From NCBI GenBank assembly GCA_964016885.1, contig OZ024742.1, positions 41,726,001 through 41,790,000 of the forward strand: DNA of 64,000 nt, given 5' to 3'. Both the position numbers and the translations under genes were made by a program. Shown here piece by piece: positions 41,525-53,700 of this stretch. Below the pieces are notes generated by a model. That model worked only from the letters and a program-made list of their open reading frames with translations, ran no database searches and was not told the DNA's origin. The stretch comes from Eledone cirrhosa. Taxonomy: Eukaryota. The stretch's first letter is position 1. Each line of letters opens with the position of its first letter.

Positions 41525-42372
41525 CCCTTTAGCATTTAAACTGGCCATACTCATACTGTGGTTAAGGCATTCTTTTCAAAATTAATAATTGTTTCTGCTT
41601 TTGGTCCAAGGCCAGCAATTCCGCCAATGAATTACTGGTGCTAGCGATACTTGGTTTTAGTGTCCTAAATGATCATCATCGACAATTAGTTATTAGCTCC
41701 ACCCACTACACGATACGTCATCAGCTGCTGCTGCTTGACTTTTACATATTCATTATCTTACATGCTTGGGCAGTATCGGTAGAGGGTCGGACGCCATGCT
41801 TTCCAGCATAGTTACGTCCCCTTACGATCTGAGTTCAAATCCCGCCGAGGTTGACTTTGCCTTTCATCCTTACGGGGTCGATAAAATAAAGTACCAGTAA
41901 TGCACTGGGTAATTGCTGGCCTTGTGCCTAAAGTAGAAACAATTATCTTACATGCTTCATTTTTACACGGAAAAACATTGAAAATTGAAATGTTTTATTG
42001 TGTAAAAATGAAGCATGTAAGATAATATGTAAAAACCAAGCAGCAGCAGCTGATGACGTATCGTGGAGCTAATAACTGATTGTCGATGATGATCATTTAG
42101 GACACTAAAACCAAGTATCGCCCTGGTGCTTTATTTTATCGACCCCGTAAGGATGAAAAGCAAAGTTAACCTCGGCGGGATTTGAACTCAGTACGTAAAG
42201 GGCCAGAACTCTATGCTACAAAGCATGGTGTCCGACGCTCTACTAATACTGCCAATCCACCGTTCTCAAAATTAATATCAAAATCTCATAGATTATCATC
42301 AATATTATGTGAAATAAAGCCTTTACCGTGAAAATGCAATCGTATATATAGAGTAATGTAAATGCTAAAGGG
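41525..42372 (+). mobile_element. piggyBac-type MITE containing nested SINE and foldback element
   Basis: ccctttagcattt ... aatgctaaaggg|ttaa; split by a minus-strand SINE (~41586-42263) with TSD tcaaaattaata. Confidence 0.8.
41643..42122. mobile_element. Palindromic foldback MITE, Merlin-like ends
   Basis: Ends agcgatac / gtatcgcc; 8-bp TSD ctggtgct at 41635-41642 and 42123-42130; carries a SINE at 41768-41941 with 16-bp TSD attatcttacatgctt. Confidence 0.8.
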
Positions 42373-42586
42373 TTAAATTAGTTAGCTGAATCACAGCTTT
42401 TGAATGTAAATAAACATTGTATATATGTAGCCGATTTCTTGGACTTTTACGAAGTGCTGAGGAGATAAAGTTAATATAAAGATTGGCGTGTTTATGCGCG
42501 GAGATACGAGGTTTGATTCCTCCTAGCTGATGATGGCAACTTCATAGCATTTCCTTGCTTGGGCACACCATTCTTTATATTAAGTA

Positions 42587-43177
42587 CTAGCAGATGTACC
42601 CGGCGTTGCTCGGGAAATGAATGACAGCCTGTTTGTCCGTATAAAGAGAGCCAAAGGTTGAGCAAAGAATTGAAATGTAATTGTAAAAAAAGGTTTAACA
42701 AAATGGCTGTACAGTGACATGATTGAGTGAAATAAACGGCAACATAAAAACAATTCATGGGATAGCTTGAGTTAATTGACGTGAATGGTTTCAGGTCCGG
42801 CCTTGCTGTAGTAGGTATGAGTAAGGGCATAAAGATGGAATAGACGCACCGTATTTCCTTCAGTAGACTAAACCCTATGCGTAAGATGGCGCTGCCACTA
42901 CCACGTTGACCATCCACTGGACATAGAAATATCATTGCTTGAAGCAAATCGGCCTAGTACTTCAAAAGTTAAAAGGAGCCTAGTATTTGTACAAAAAAAA
43001 AAAAAATCGATTTTTCGGCCCCAATATCGAATTTTTTTCAAATTTGTTTTTGTCCAAAACCTGCTTTGGCATATAAGCAATACGTGTGCCAAATTTGGTT
43101 GAAATCAGCCTAGTACTTCAAAAGTTAAAAGGAGCCTAGTATTTGTACACAGACCGACTTGCTTTGAAATATATAGA
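42587..43177 (-). mobile_element. Non-autonomous Helitron
   Basis: Minus strand starts A|TCTATATAT and ends cccgagcaacgccggg...CTAG|T; internal ~42-bp direct repeat at 42952 and 43108. Confidence 0.8.
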
Positions 43178-43424
43178 TACACAAAAATATATGTGCGCAT
43201 GCATTCTTAATGGGTGTGTGATTTATTCATTAAGTATTCTTTTCTGACTTGGCTGTCCGAAGAATGTTGTCCTGCTTCGAAGAATATTAATGATTGGAAG
43301 ATACCAACAATACATCTACAAAAGAACGAAATTTCCTTCACCACCACTTTGCGTTTTGAGATTTGATCCCACTATGCAGCACCTTGTGCAAGTGCCCTAT
43401 ATCAAACACTTATGCCAACCAAAG

Positions 43425-43630
43425 CCCTTAGCATTTTCGTATTCTATATTTACTACTGTATTTTTGTGGTAAAGGCTTTAGCTTACATAATATCGAATCT
43501 ACGGGATTTTAATGTTATTTATTTTGAGAACAATACCTCAACGTCAGTATGAGCGGCCAGTTATGGTTGGTTGGAACAGAAAGAGATAAGAGAATTCTGG
43601 CTGGATATGGCTAGTTTAAATGCTAAAGGG
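43425..43630 (-). mobile_element. piggyBac-type MITE
   Basis: Reverse complement of 53095-53301; ends tgctaaaggg|ttaa. Confidence 0.8.
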
Positions 43631-44119
43631 TTAAGTGAAATTAGATGGAAACGAGAGTATATTGTTTTTACTTTGTGGTTATATTTATTTATAAACATTC
43701 CATCCTAATTTTATGTAAGGCCTTTTGTTATGCTTCAAACACCAGCTTAATGTAAACGTTATATTCCTAAATCCTTCCAAATCTTGATTATTTTGAAAAT
43801 AATTGTTTTTAATTTAGGCACAAGTCCAGCAATTTTGGGCGAGGAGAACATCAATTATATTGATACCAGTAATTTACTAGTACTTTGTTTTATTGACGCC
43901 AGAAAGATGAAAAGCAAAGTTGACCTCAGCATGATTTGAATTAAGATTATTTCGGAAATATAGTGGTGACAAGGGTTAAATTGGTGTGGTGTATTTTTGT
44001 GTGAATTGAGTGGAGAATGGAGTTGAAAGCTTTGTTGATAAAATTGCATGTTTTATTCATTGTTTTTGAATAGTGTAGTGATTAGTAATGTCAAGGGTTA
44101 GCTTTTCTAGAATGCTTAA

Positions 44120-44464
44120 CCCTTTAGCTATCGGTAGAGGATCGGACGCTATGCTTTGACGCATAGAATTACGGCCTTGCCATTCTGAGTTTGAATCCCG
44201 CCGAGGTTAACTTCGCCTTTCATGATAAAATATAGTACCAGTAATGCACTCGGTAATTGCTGGCCTTGTGCCAAACAGTAGAAACAATTATTCTATATTT
44301 ACTATTGTATTTTCATGATAAACATTTTATTTCACTTAATATCGAATCTACAAGATTTTGATATTATTCATTTTGAGAATAGCTTAACATAAGTATGAGC
44401 AGCCAGTTTGAACAGAAAGAGGAGAGAATTCTGGCTGGATATGGCCGGCCTAAATGCTAAAGGG
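44120..44464 (-). mobile_element. piggyBac-type MITE with inserted family-A SINE (44129-44291)
   Basis: TTAA on both flanks; TIR ccctttagc / gctaaaggg. Confidence 0.8.
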
Positions 44465-44734
44465 TTAAGGGTGTGGATAAAAAGGTGGAATTACTAGGTG
44501 TACGTCATAGATTCAGTGTTCCAGACAGCATACTTCAGTCTAAATTGAACTCCAGGTTTGTGCTCTCTGACATTCACTGGTTCTTGTTTAGCTCCATTAA
44601 CAGTCCACTGATCAAGGGCATTCCAGCCATGATCATTCAGTGGACCAAGTCTCTGAGAACAATTTACTTCCATCCTCTGCTGACTAAATAATGTTTTGTT
44701 TTTGATTTTAATTTTATTTTAGATACTTTCAAAA

Positions 44735-47700
44735 ATGGCTAAAAATAAAAAAAATACTGAAGAATGCGCTGAAAAAGCTGAAATAAATTCAAAATCTTCA
44801 GAGGTTAACAAGAAAGATGCAGAGAGTGCGTTAAATGAAACAGTCACCTCTAATGGTAAATATGATCATTGTAGTTTTTCTTTTATTAATTTTCTATATT
44901 AACTCTTCACATCTGTACTGCATGGTCCCGCATGAGTAAGACATTGTTGAAAAGTATCAAACAGCACTGTGATTGCTGCATTACAAATTAAAGTCCTTAT
45001 TCCAATATTGCAAATTTCCGTTGTTTTCTGTCTACTAATATACTATAAGCCAGAGATCTCAAACTTTTTGCCCCCCCCCCCCCTCCCTCACAGGTACGCA
45101 ATGCCTCAGTGCCCCCACCCCCCATTTCCAGAGAGGCCTGCCTACATGTAAATTGTAAACATAATAAAATCGTTAATTTTTTTTTTTTTCCATCCGCTTT
45201 TCCCTGCTTGCAAGGGTGGGACGGGAACTGATTCTGGCTTAATTTCTACAGCTGGATGCCCTTCCTAACACCAACCTCATTTACAGTGAGTGCTGGGTGC
45301 TTTTTTGCAGTGGAATGATAGGGACTCCAGTCCCTATCATCTCATTTCTACAGCTGAGTAAACTGGAGCAATGTGAAATAAAGTGTCTTGCTCAAGGAAA
45401 CAGCACATCACCCGGTTTGAGAATTGAACTCATAACCTTTCGATTGCAAGGCCAATGCTCTAACCACTAAGCCATGTGCCTCCATTTATATACAATAATA
45501 TAATAATTATATACTCACAACAGACACACAAACAACGATAACAACAACAACACACATCCTATACCTCTCACCACCACAACAATCTTAACAGACACACAGA
45601 CACAGAAAACAGATAATGACAGTAACACAGAGTTGAGGGACTAATAATAATGAGAGAGGTAGAGGGACTAATGACAATGACAGGGGAAATGACCAGCACG
45701 AACACACAGACACACAAAATAGATTAGATAATAACAATGAACCAGAGGGAAGGGACAGGAGTAACAATGAGAGACATAGAAACAACCATGAGGCTGTTGG
45801 TGGAAATAGAAACAACACAACTAACAATAGCAATAGAACACACAACACAACCTGGAATTCCACTTTCTATGACCCTTCCGATATGTCCTTCGACTTATGA
45901 CGAGTCCATGCCACGACTAGCTTTTAACAAACGCACGCAATTGCCGTCGCAGGTCGATGAACAAACAGAAGCACAATTTAATATAGCTAGATCTAAACTT
46001 AGAAATATTATAGAGCAGTATAGCAAGAAACAAAATAGAATGGAGGCCCAACAACTGGGATGAAAATCCGCAAATGGCTTGCGTAAGCTCATGAAGCGCT
46101 CACTTAATGGAGAGATTGCATGCTTTCCAACAGACAAGTCTGGCAGAATGTCGGTTGACAGTCTGTCAAACTACATCCAGGCAATGCAACCCCACATCAC
46201 TAACACAAGAGAAGTAACACCACAAGAGCATGAGGATAGGGAGAAAACCTTCAACGCTCATATGATGATGTGGACAAACATAATGCAGCCCAATAAACGG
46301 ACTGTCAACAACTTCCAGGCCTGGAACAGTGACGTGCCAGCGTTGTATGGGCTACTAAAGACCATAAGACGAACAGTGACCCAGTCACAGGACCACCAAC
46401 ATGGCCAGTCTGTGGAGCTAACATTGCTAGCAACTACATACTTTCCTACTTCCTACTTCCTCTCCCTGATCGTATGCCCCATCATTGAAATGTCCACGGA
46501 TATAGGTGACAGCATGGAGGACCTCCTCGGCAGAATCAGCGAAAATAACCTGTCTAGGGACCTAACAGACTGTATAATAGGTAGTATGGATGTAGTGTCC
46601 CTATACTCATCCATTGCTGTGGAGAAATGCGTGGAAATGATCAGTGAGAGCAATGTTGAATTCCGTGGGATTGATACCAGTGAGCTGGGACTCCTACTCA
46701 AACTCACTTATAATAATAATTACCTAGATACGTATGACCTTAGCAACCTCTGCTCCACAAGGCCAGCAAGAGGCAGACCACCTACCATTACTTCAATGGC
46801 AAAGAAAACCCACACAGAAAGATCGAACGGATGGACCAGAGCCATACGGACCCCCGAAAACCATGATGAACTAAAGAAAATGATTGCACATGTTGTGGGG
46901 GCCAGTATAAAACTAACCCTTAAGGAACATATGTTCAAATTTAATGGAAAAACATATGCCCAAGAGGAGGGAGCAGCCATTGGCATTAGCATTGCAGGTG
47001 ACATAGCTAACCTATTTATGGTATGGTGGGACAAAAAACTTAAAGAACAATTAGAAGGCAACAATCTCTTAATCCTGATTATGTACTCCCACTACGTTGA
47101 TGATATAAACATCGTAGTAAAAACACCCCCACTAGAGAACAGTCAGGAATTAGAGAAAAACACCATGGAAAGCATCCAGCAAATAGCTAACTCCATCCAC
47201 CAAAGTATCAAAGTTACTATAGACTACCCAAGCAAACACCCCAACCATCGATTACCTGTACTAGACACAGAGCTCTGGTTAGAAACCATTAATAACAAAA
47301 AACAAATCCTCCATTCCCATTATGCTAAACCCATGACATCCAAATACCTGATCCACCGAAGCTCAGCTGTTTCGGATCACACCAAAATCAACATACTGAT
47401 TGCGGATTTAGTACGGGTGATGAGAAACGTGTCCCGCATGTGCAACCCCAAAGAACTAGAGAGACACATACAACACTTCATCCACCGTATGCAGTTCTCT
47501 GGTTACAATCAGAGAGATAAAATCAGAGTATATAGAGGAGCCGGAAAAAAATGGTAAATAATGATACAAATGGGACCTGCTCCTTGTATAGGAGCAAATT
47601 TTGGAATAGAATAAAAAGAACTAGGAATAAGGTTAATAAAATAAACTCATGGTATGATAACAATAAATACCAGAGTGTAATGTTCATCAATACAACCCCT

Positions 47701-50700
47701 AGAGGTGAACTAGCTTACAAATTTAGAAGGGCCCTAGATAAACTTAAACTAAATATTAAGATAGTGGAAAGACCAGGTACTTCCATAAAAACACTAATTA
47801 GTAATACATACCCTTTTCAAAGACCTCCCTGTATAGATAAGAAATGCATAATCTGTAAAACTAGAAACATAGTATATAGCATAAGATGTACTGAGGGACA
47901 ATGTAAAGATAAAAATATAATGTACATGGGTGAGACAGCTCGTAGCATAGGAGAACAATTAAATGAACACTGGCGAGAACTCCAAGATAGAAAAAACTCA
48001 TCAATACTCCACCAACATGCTAAAATAGAACATAAGGGCAAATTAGAGAACATAGAAATAAAAATAAAATCTAGACACAGAAAAGACACAATGTTTAGAC
48101 AAATCACAGAGGCAATAAACATAAATGAACACCAACCAAAATTAAATAGAAAACATGAATGGAACAGCAACATTACAACTTACAATTAAGGACAAAAATG
48201 AAAACACACACACATAGAACAAACAACTAACTAGTAACATGTAAATAAACAAATCAAAACACACACAGACACCCGAATGTAACGCATGGGCAAACTAAGC
48301 ACACAACACACACAAAAACAAGATGGCGTATGACAGAACAAAGAAGAGGCACAAAACAAAGAAAAGAATCCTCAGTCACTGAAGAGGTCACAGAATGTGT
48401 GACGAAAGAACTTTGACAATATATGAACAACCATCCGGTTGTGGAACAAACTAACCAACTGGAAATTTATAATAAATTGAAGTGGATGCAGCTGGTGTGT
48501 GTGTTTCTTATTGGCAACATGACCCTCCCAAAGTATAACAATATAATACATACTATGTATAAATTACTATATTTATATATATGTATCATTTGATATTTAA
48601 TATACTATTATAGCATCTCTATGCAGTGCCCCTTGGACCATCTCAACGCCTACTACTACCAGTTGCACCCACTTTGAGAAATTCTGTATATAGCATTTTA
48701 ATTAACAAGCCTGTTTTGTAGACATTTTCTTTTAAATCATAGAATTTTAAGAGTTAAAGACATAGATTATTTTATTAATGGAGATGAAGGACAAAAACAA
48801 AATTAAATAAAAATATGCAGTGATCCAACAAAGAGAAATATTTGTTCCAATTCAGATTTACATAAAGGATGAAGTTGACTTGGCAATTGTCAATTTTGCA
48901 ATGCTGCCACAGGTTTCATTATGGTTCCTACTCTCAGCATGGAGACTGGGCCATTATGTGTCTTGTGTACTTCAGTCAACATACCATTAACTATCTACTG
49001 GAGAATTAAGGCCATCTATACATCATTAGAGAGCATAATTTCAGTGTCTTAAAATCAGAAAGCACTCGAGCGCCCCTAGAAAAAGTTTGAACAGCAGTCA
49101 TTCTCAATCCCAGAGGAAAAAAAAACCTCCTTTGCTTGTGAGCTTGTTTTCTTTTCTTAAGAAATATTTTCATGCTGCTAACCCAACAAACAACCCAGGC
49201 TTAAAGCACTATGCCTGTGCTTCACAACATGTTACTGTCATGCCCACAGACAAGCAATGTCATTACTTTTATATATCTAATGCTATTATTAGATAATTTG
49301 TCCAATGGTATATATTCTTATTTATTTATGATAATATTTTCAATATCATTGAGAATCTGAAAAAAGGGAAACCCATAAGAAGAAAAAAAGGCAATATTTT
49401 TCTATCCTTTCTAATTTGTTATCCTCTTTCATGATTCTAGTAACTTGAAGTTATGCATGCTTCTTGCCCATCTAAAATTGCTTCTGCAAATTATCCTCGA
49501 CTGATATTTGTATTTCTAAAACAAATATATGTCAGTGTAATTTGCTGTGACAGGAAGCATTAAAAGATTCAACTTTTGCTTGTTTACCATCTTCAGTTTC
49601 TGAAAGTTTATTTTCAGATTTTGTCCTCAGTATGGGTTTTGGTGATAGCCATGGATAGAATGACCTACACACTCACCAATGCTTGTTTCCAGCAACATCT
49701 TTGACATTGTAGTTGTAACTGTGCTTGGCTTTAATAGCATTGGTTGGCAGTTAGTTTCATCATCATCATCATTTAATAACTGCTTTCCATGCTAGCAAGG
49801 GTTGGACGGGATTACATAGACAAGTCAATATTGAAGCGGGGCTACTGACCTCCCAAACAGGTCAAGAGGGTCTGTATCCTGCTTGCGTACAGTCATATTT
49901 GAGTGCAGACAAAGTTTCCTAACACCAACCACTTTACAGAGTGTACAGGGTGATTTTATTGTGTAGATCACCAGCACTAGAGAGGCTGTATTGTCTTTGA
50001 CATAACTAAAGTTTGTGGAATCTAATCGAAAGTCGGGTCCAATTTGCCATGTTTTAGTGTGTAGGTTACCCTCTAATTCTAAATATGAAGCGGTCCAGGC
50101 TATGACACCTCATCTATCTCATGTCAACATAAAAAGTGGATGTAAAATGATTCTATTAAAAGAAAGAAAGCGCTGATGAATATTCATTGTTCTATCTAAA
50201 TTTTCATTGTCACTTTTCCATGTTAGCATATATATTGATGTAAAGGTTCACTCTTTTGTAATCATATTTGGGAATCCCAATATGCTGAGATGAGCTCTTC
50301 ATTTTACAACTTTATTAAATCGTTATAACTGTTAAGAAATGGAAAACTAAATATTGTTGGCTAGGTTCATCATTATCATTTTGCATCTACTTTCCACGCT
50401 GGCATGGGTTAGACAGGTTGTCAGTCTGGGTTGGACTGACTTCATCTGGCTCATATGTTCCACGTTTAGTATGGTTTCTACGGTTGGATGTCCTTCCTAA
50501 TGCCAGCTACCTTATAGAGTGAACTGGGAACATTTTATTGTGGCGCCAACAGTTTACAGTGTGTACTGCTTGTGCTCATATAACAGGAGTTAGTAATCTA
50601 AAATTGAGAATTGATGAAGGAATACTGAATAAGATTATGATAAACCTAATACTAATTTTTTCAATATCATTGTAGATGCTTCTAAAAAGAAGAAGAAACG

Positions 50701-53700
50701 CAAGCACCAGAAAGGTAACGTTCTTCTATGTTGATTAATTTAATATCCTTGATAATCAACATTTGGTTGTTTACCATTTTAGAAATTAGCATATCTTCAG
50801 TTTCTGGTAGATATAGGGGAATTTCATCGAGAGTATGGGTTTTGGTAACAACCATGGAAAGAAGGACATGCATACTCATCATCATCACCATTTAATGTCA
50901 ATTTTTCCATGCTAGCATGGGTTAGACAAGTTATCCTGTTGTGAACAATGCTAGGTCAGGTCACCATGTCATGCTCATACAGAATCAATTTTGACTTGAT
51001 TTCTACAGCTGGATGCCCTTCCTAGCGCCAATCTCATTTACAGTGAGTACTGGGTGTGTTTTGTTGTGATGCCTACACAACCACTTTACAGTGTAGGATA
51101 GGCGTTTTTTGTCATGTTGCCATCACTCATGAATGGCAAGCATTTTGTAGGTGCCACGATAAAATGTGCCCAGTACACTCTGTAAAAGTGGTTGGCATTA
51201 GAAAGACACCAATGGTGAAACATATGAGCAAGACATAGTATCCTGACCTGCCTAGTTTCAGACTGCCAAAACATCAAACCTGTGCCAGCATGGAAAATGG
51301 ACGATGATAATGATGATGTTCTGTGGAGTTTAATGTAAAGCTGGGCACAGTTAGTCATATTTTAGTTTGTCTAGTAATAGTTTTGCTCTTTCATAGGTAA
51401 CTGAAGTTATTTTCAAATACAATATAAAATTGTGTAGTTTTATGCTTTAAATATATTTGTTACTTGTTTCAGCAAAAACTACAGCAAAAACTGATGAAAG
51501 CAATTCATCACCAGCTTTAAAAGGTAAACAGTTTTGTTTTTGTTAAGTAATTTTAAACATCATTGACCTTGCTACATGTATTCTTATTAACCACAAACAT
51601 CTCTGATATAACAGTTCCCATATTTTATTGTTTTTCTTTGTAGAAAATGGTAAAAAGGAGAAAGATAATATGACAACTGCATCTACTGGAGATGGTAGGA
51701 AACTTACCCTTTGAAATATATTAATTTTTCTTCTTATTTATTCTTCAAAGAGCCGTGGTGGTAGAGTCTTTAGACATTCATTCTAGAGGGTCTCATCAAA
51801 AGCAACTAGCTCCAAATGATCTGCATAAATCCCCAAGCGAGACCAGCTGAGCTCAAGGATGTTATCCAACCATCTTGCTCATGGTCTGTCACTGGGTCTC
51901 TTGCCGGTTGGCTTTGCCCATAAATTCTGTTCAGCAATTCTTTCCTTAGACATTGTAACCACATGTCTGCAGTACTGGATCTCTGCTTTCTTGATTCAGA
52001 GAAGCAGCAGCAGCTTTGCCCGGAAGGACTCTTTGATGTTTCTGTAATCTACTACTGTCTGGGTTAAGTCTTTTGCCATCTTATCCTCATGTAGGAATTC
52101 CAATATGCTAGGATCTGATCTCATGCCTATCAACTTAATGAACCTTTTTTTATACCAACCTGCCTGAAACCACCCTGGATTTATGATGCAAAACTGCTCA
52201 TTTAAAAATGTTTATACTTATATGGAATCTTTCCATCATAATTTTAAGAAATTTTTGAAGAAATATTCTGAATCAGCTTACTAATAAAAGAGTTAGTTAT
52301 TTTATTAAATTCCTCCAGGTATTTGATTCATCATCATCATACGTTCACTTTTCCCTGCTTGCAAGGGTGGGACGAGAACTGATTCTGGCTTGATTTCTAC
52401 AGCTGGATGCCCTTCCTAACACCAACCTCATTTACAGTGAGTGCTGGGTGCTTTTTTCCATGGCGCCTACACGTCCACTTTACAGTGTTGGCTGGGTGCT
52501 TTTTTGCCATGGCACCTCCACTACTGTAGAAATGAGACGATAGGGACCCCAGTCCCTATCATCTCATTTCTACAGCTGAGTAAACTGGAGCAATGTGAAA
52601 TAAAGTGTCTTGCTCAAGGAAACAACACATCACCCGGTCTGAGAATTGAACTCATAACCTTTCGATTGCAAGGCCAATGCTCTAATTAATTGAAACACAC
52701 GGGCAGTGTATTTCATTAGAAATATAATAACTAAAGGGTTAAATAACAATAACTGTTCTAAGGAATGGAAAGCTGAATCAGCTTGGCTTTGTTCTATGTT
52801 CATAACATTAAATAGTAAAGTAAAATTGAGGATAATTAATAAACAAATTTTCAAGATTCACTTTGGATTAAACTACATACCATATACACTAAAAAGAGAA
52901 GATAGAATTTTGAGTCTGATGTATTGCAGAGGCAGTGTAATTCTCATGTGGTCTAATTTCTGGTATTCTGGAAATATTCTTCAATGCATTGATTAGTATG
53001 TAAAACTAAAAATATTCACTATTTTGTTCAAGTATCACAAACATTTTTGTTAAAATTTCTCTCTATTTCTTTTCTTGCAAATGTTAACTCTTAACCCTTT
53101 AGCATTTAAACCGGTCATATCCGGCCAGAATTCGTTCAAACTGGCTGTAACTGGCCACTCATACTGGCGTTAAGGTATTGTTCTCAAAATAAATAACATC
53201 AAAATCTTGTAAATTCGGCATTATGTGAGATAATTATGTAAGATAAAGCCTTTACCACAAAAATACAATAGAATATATATAGTAATGTAAATGCTAAGGG
53301 GTTAATGTGTACTACATTAGCAAGACACTTTTGAAGAGTACAAAACAGCACTATGACTGCATCACATTAAAAATTAGTCTTACATGACTGGTACTTTATT
53401 TTATAGACCCCGTAAGGATGAAAGGCAAAGTTAACCTCAAATCCCGCTGAGGTTAACTTTGCCTTTCATCCTTACGGGGTCAATAAAATAAAGTACCAGT
53501 CATTTAGGGACCGGGTGGAAATAGACGAGATGCAATTTGGGTTTGTACCAGGAAGAGGCACCACTGATGCCCTCTTCCTTGTGAGGCAATTACAGGAAAA
53601 GTACCTAGCTAAAAGTAAGCCACTCTACTTGGCATTTGTCGACCTTGAGAAAGCCTTTGACAGAGTTCCACGTGCTGTAATCTGGTGGGCTCTTAGAAAA

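Larger units (their letters stand above)
45051..48686. mobile_element. hAT (Charlie-like) MITE split by SINE-B and Penelope insertions
   Basis: Ends cagagatctcaaact / actttgagaaattctg; TSD degenerate. Confidence 0.5.

Noticed and set aside
42050-42075. CTGATGA as hammerhead core or snoRNA C box
   Set aside because: No stem II plus GAAA and no D-box partner; part of the MITE palindrome arm.
51491-51500. ctgatgaaag hammerhead-like core
   Set aside because: Lies within a coding microexon (TDES) and lacks the helices.
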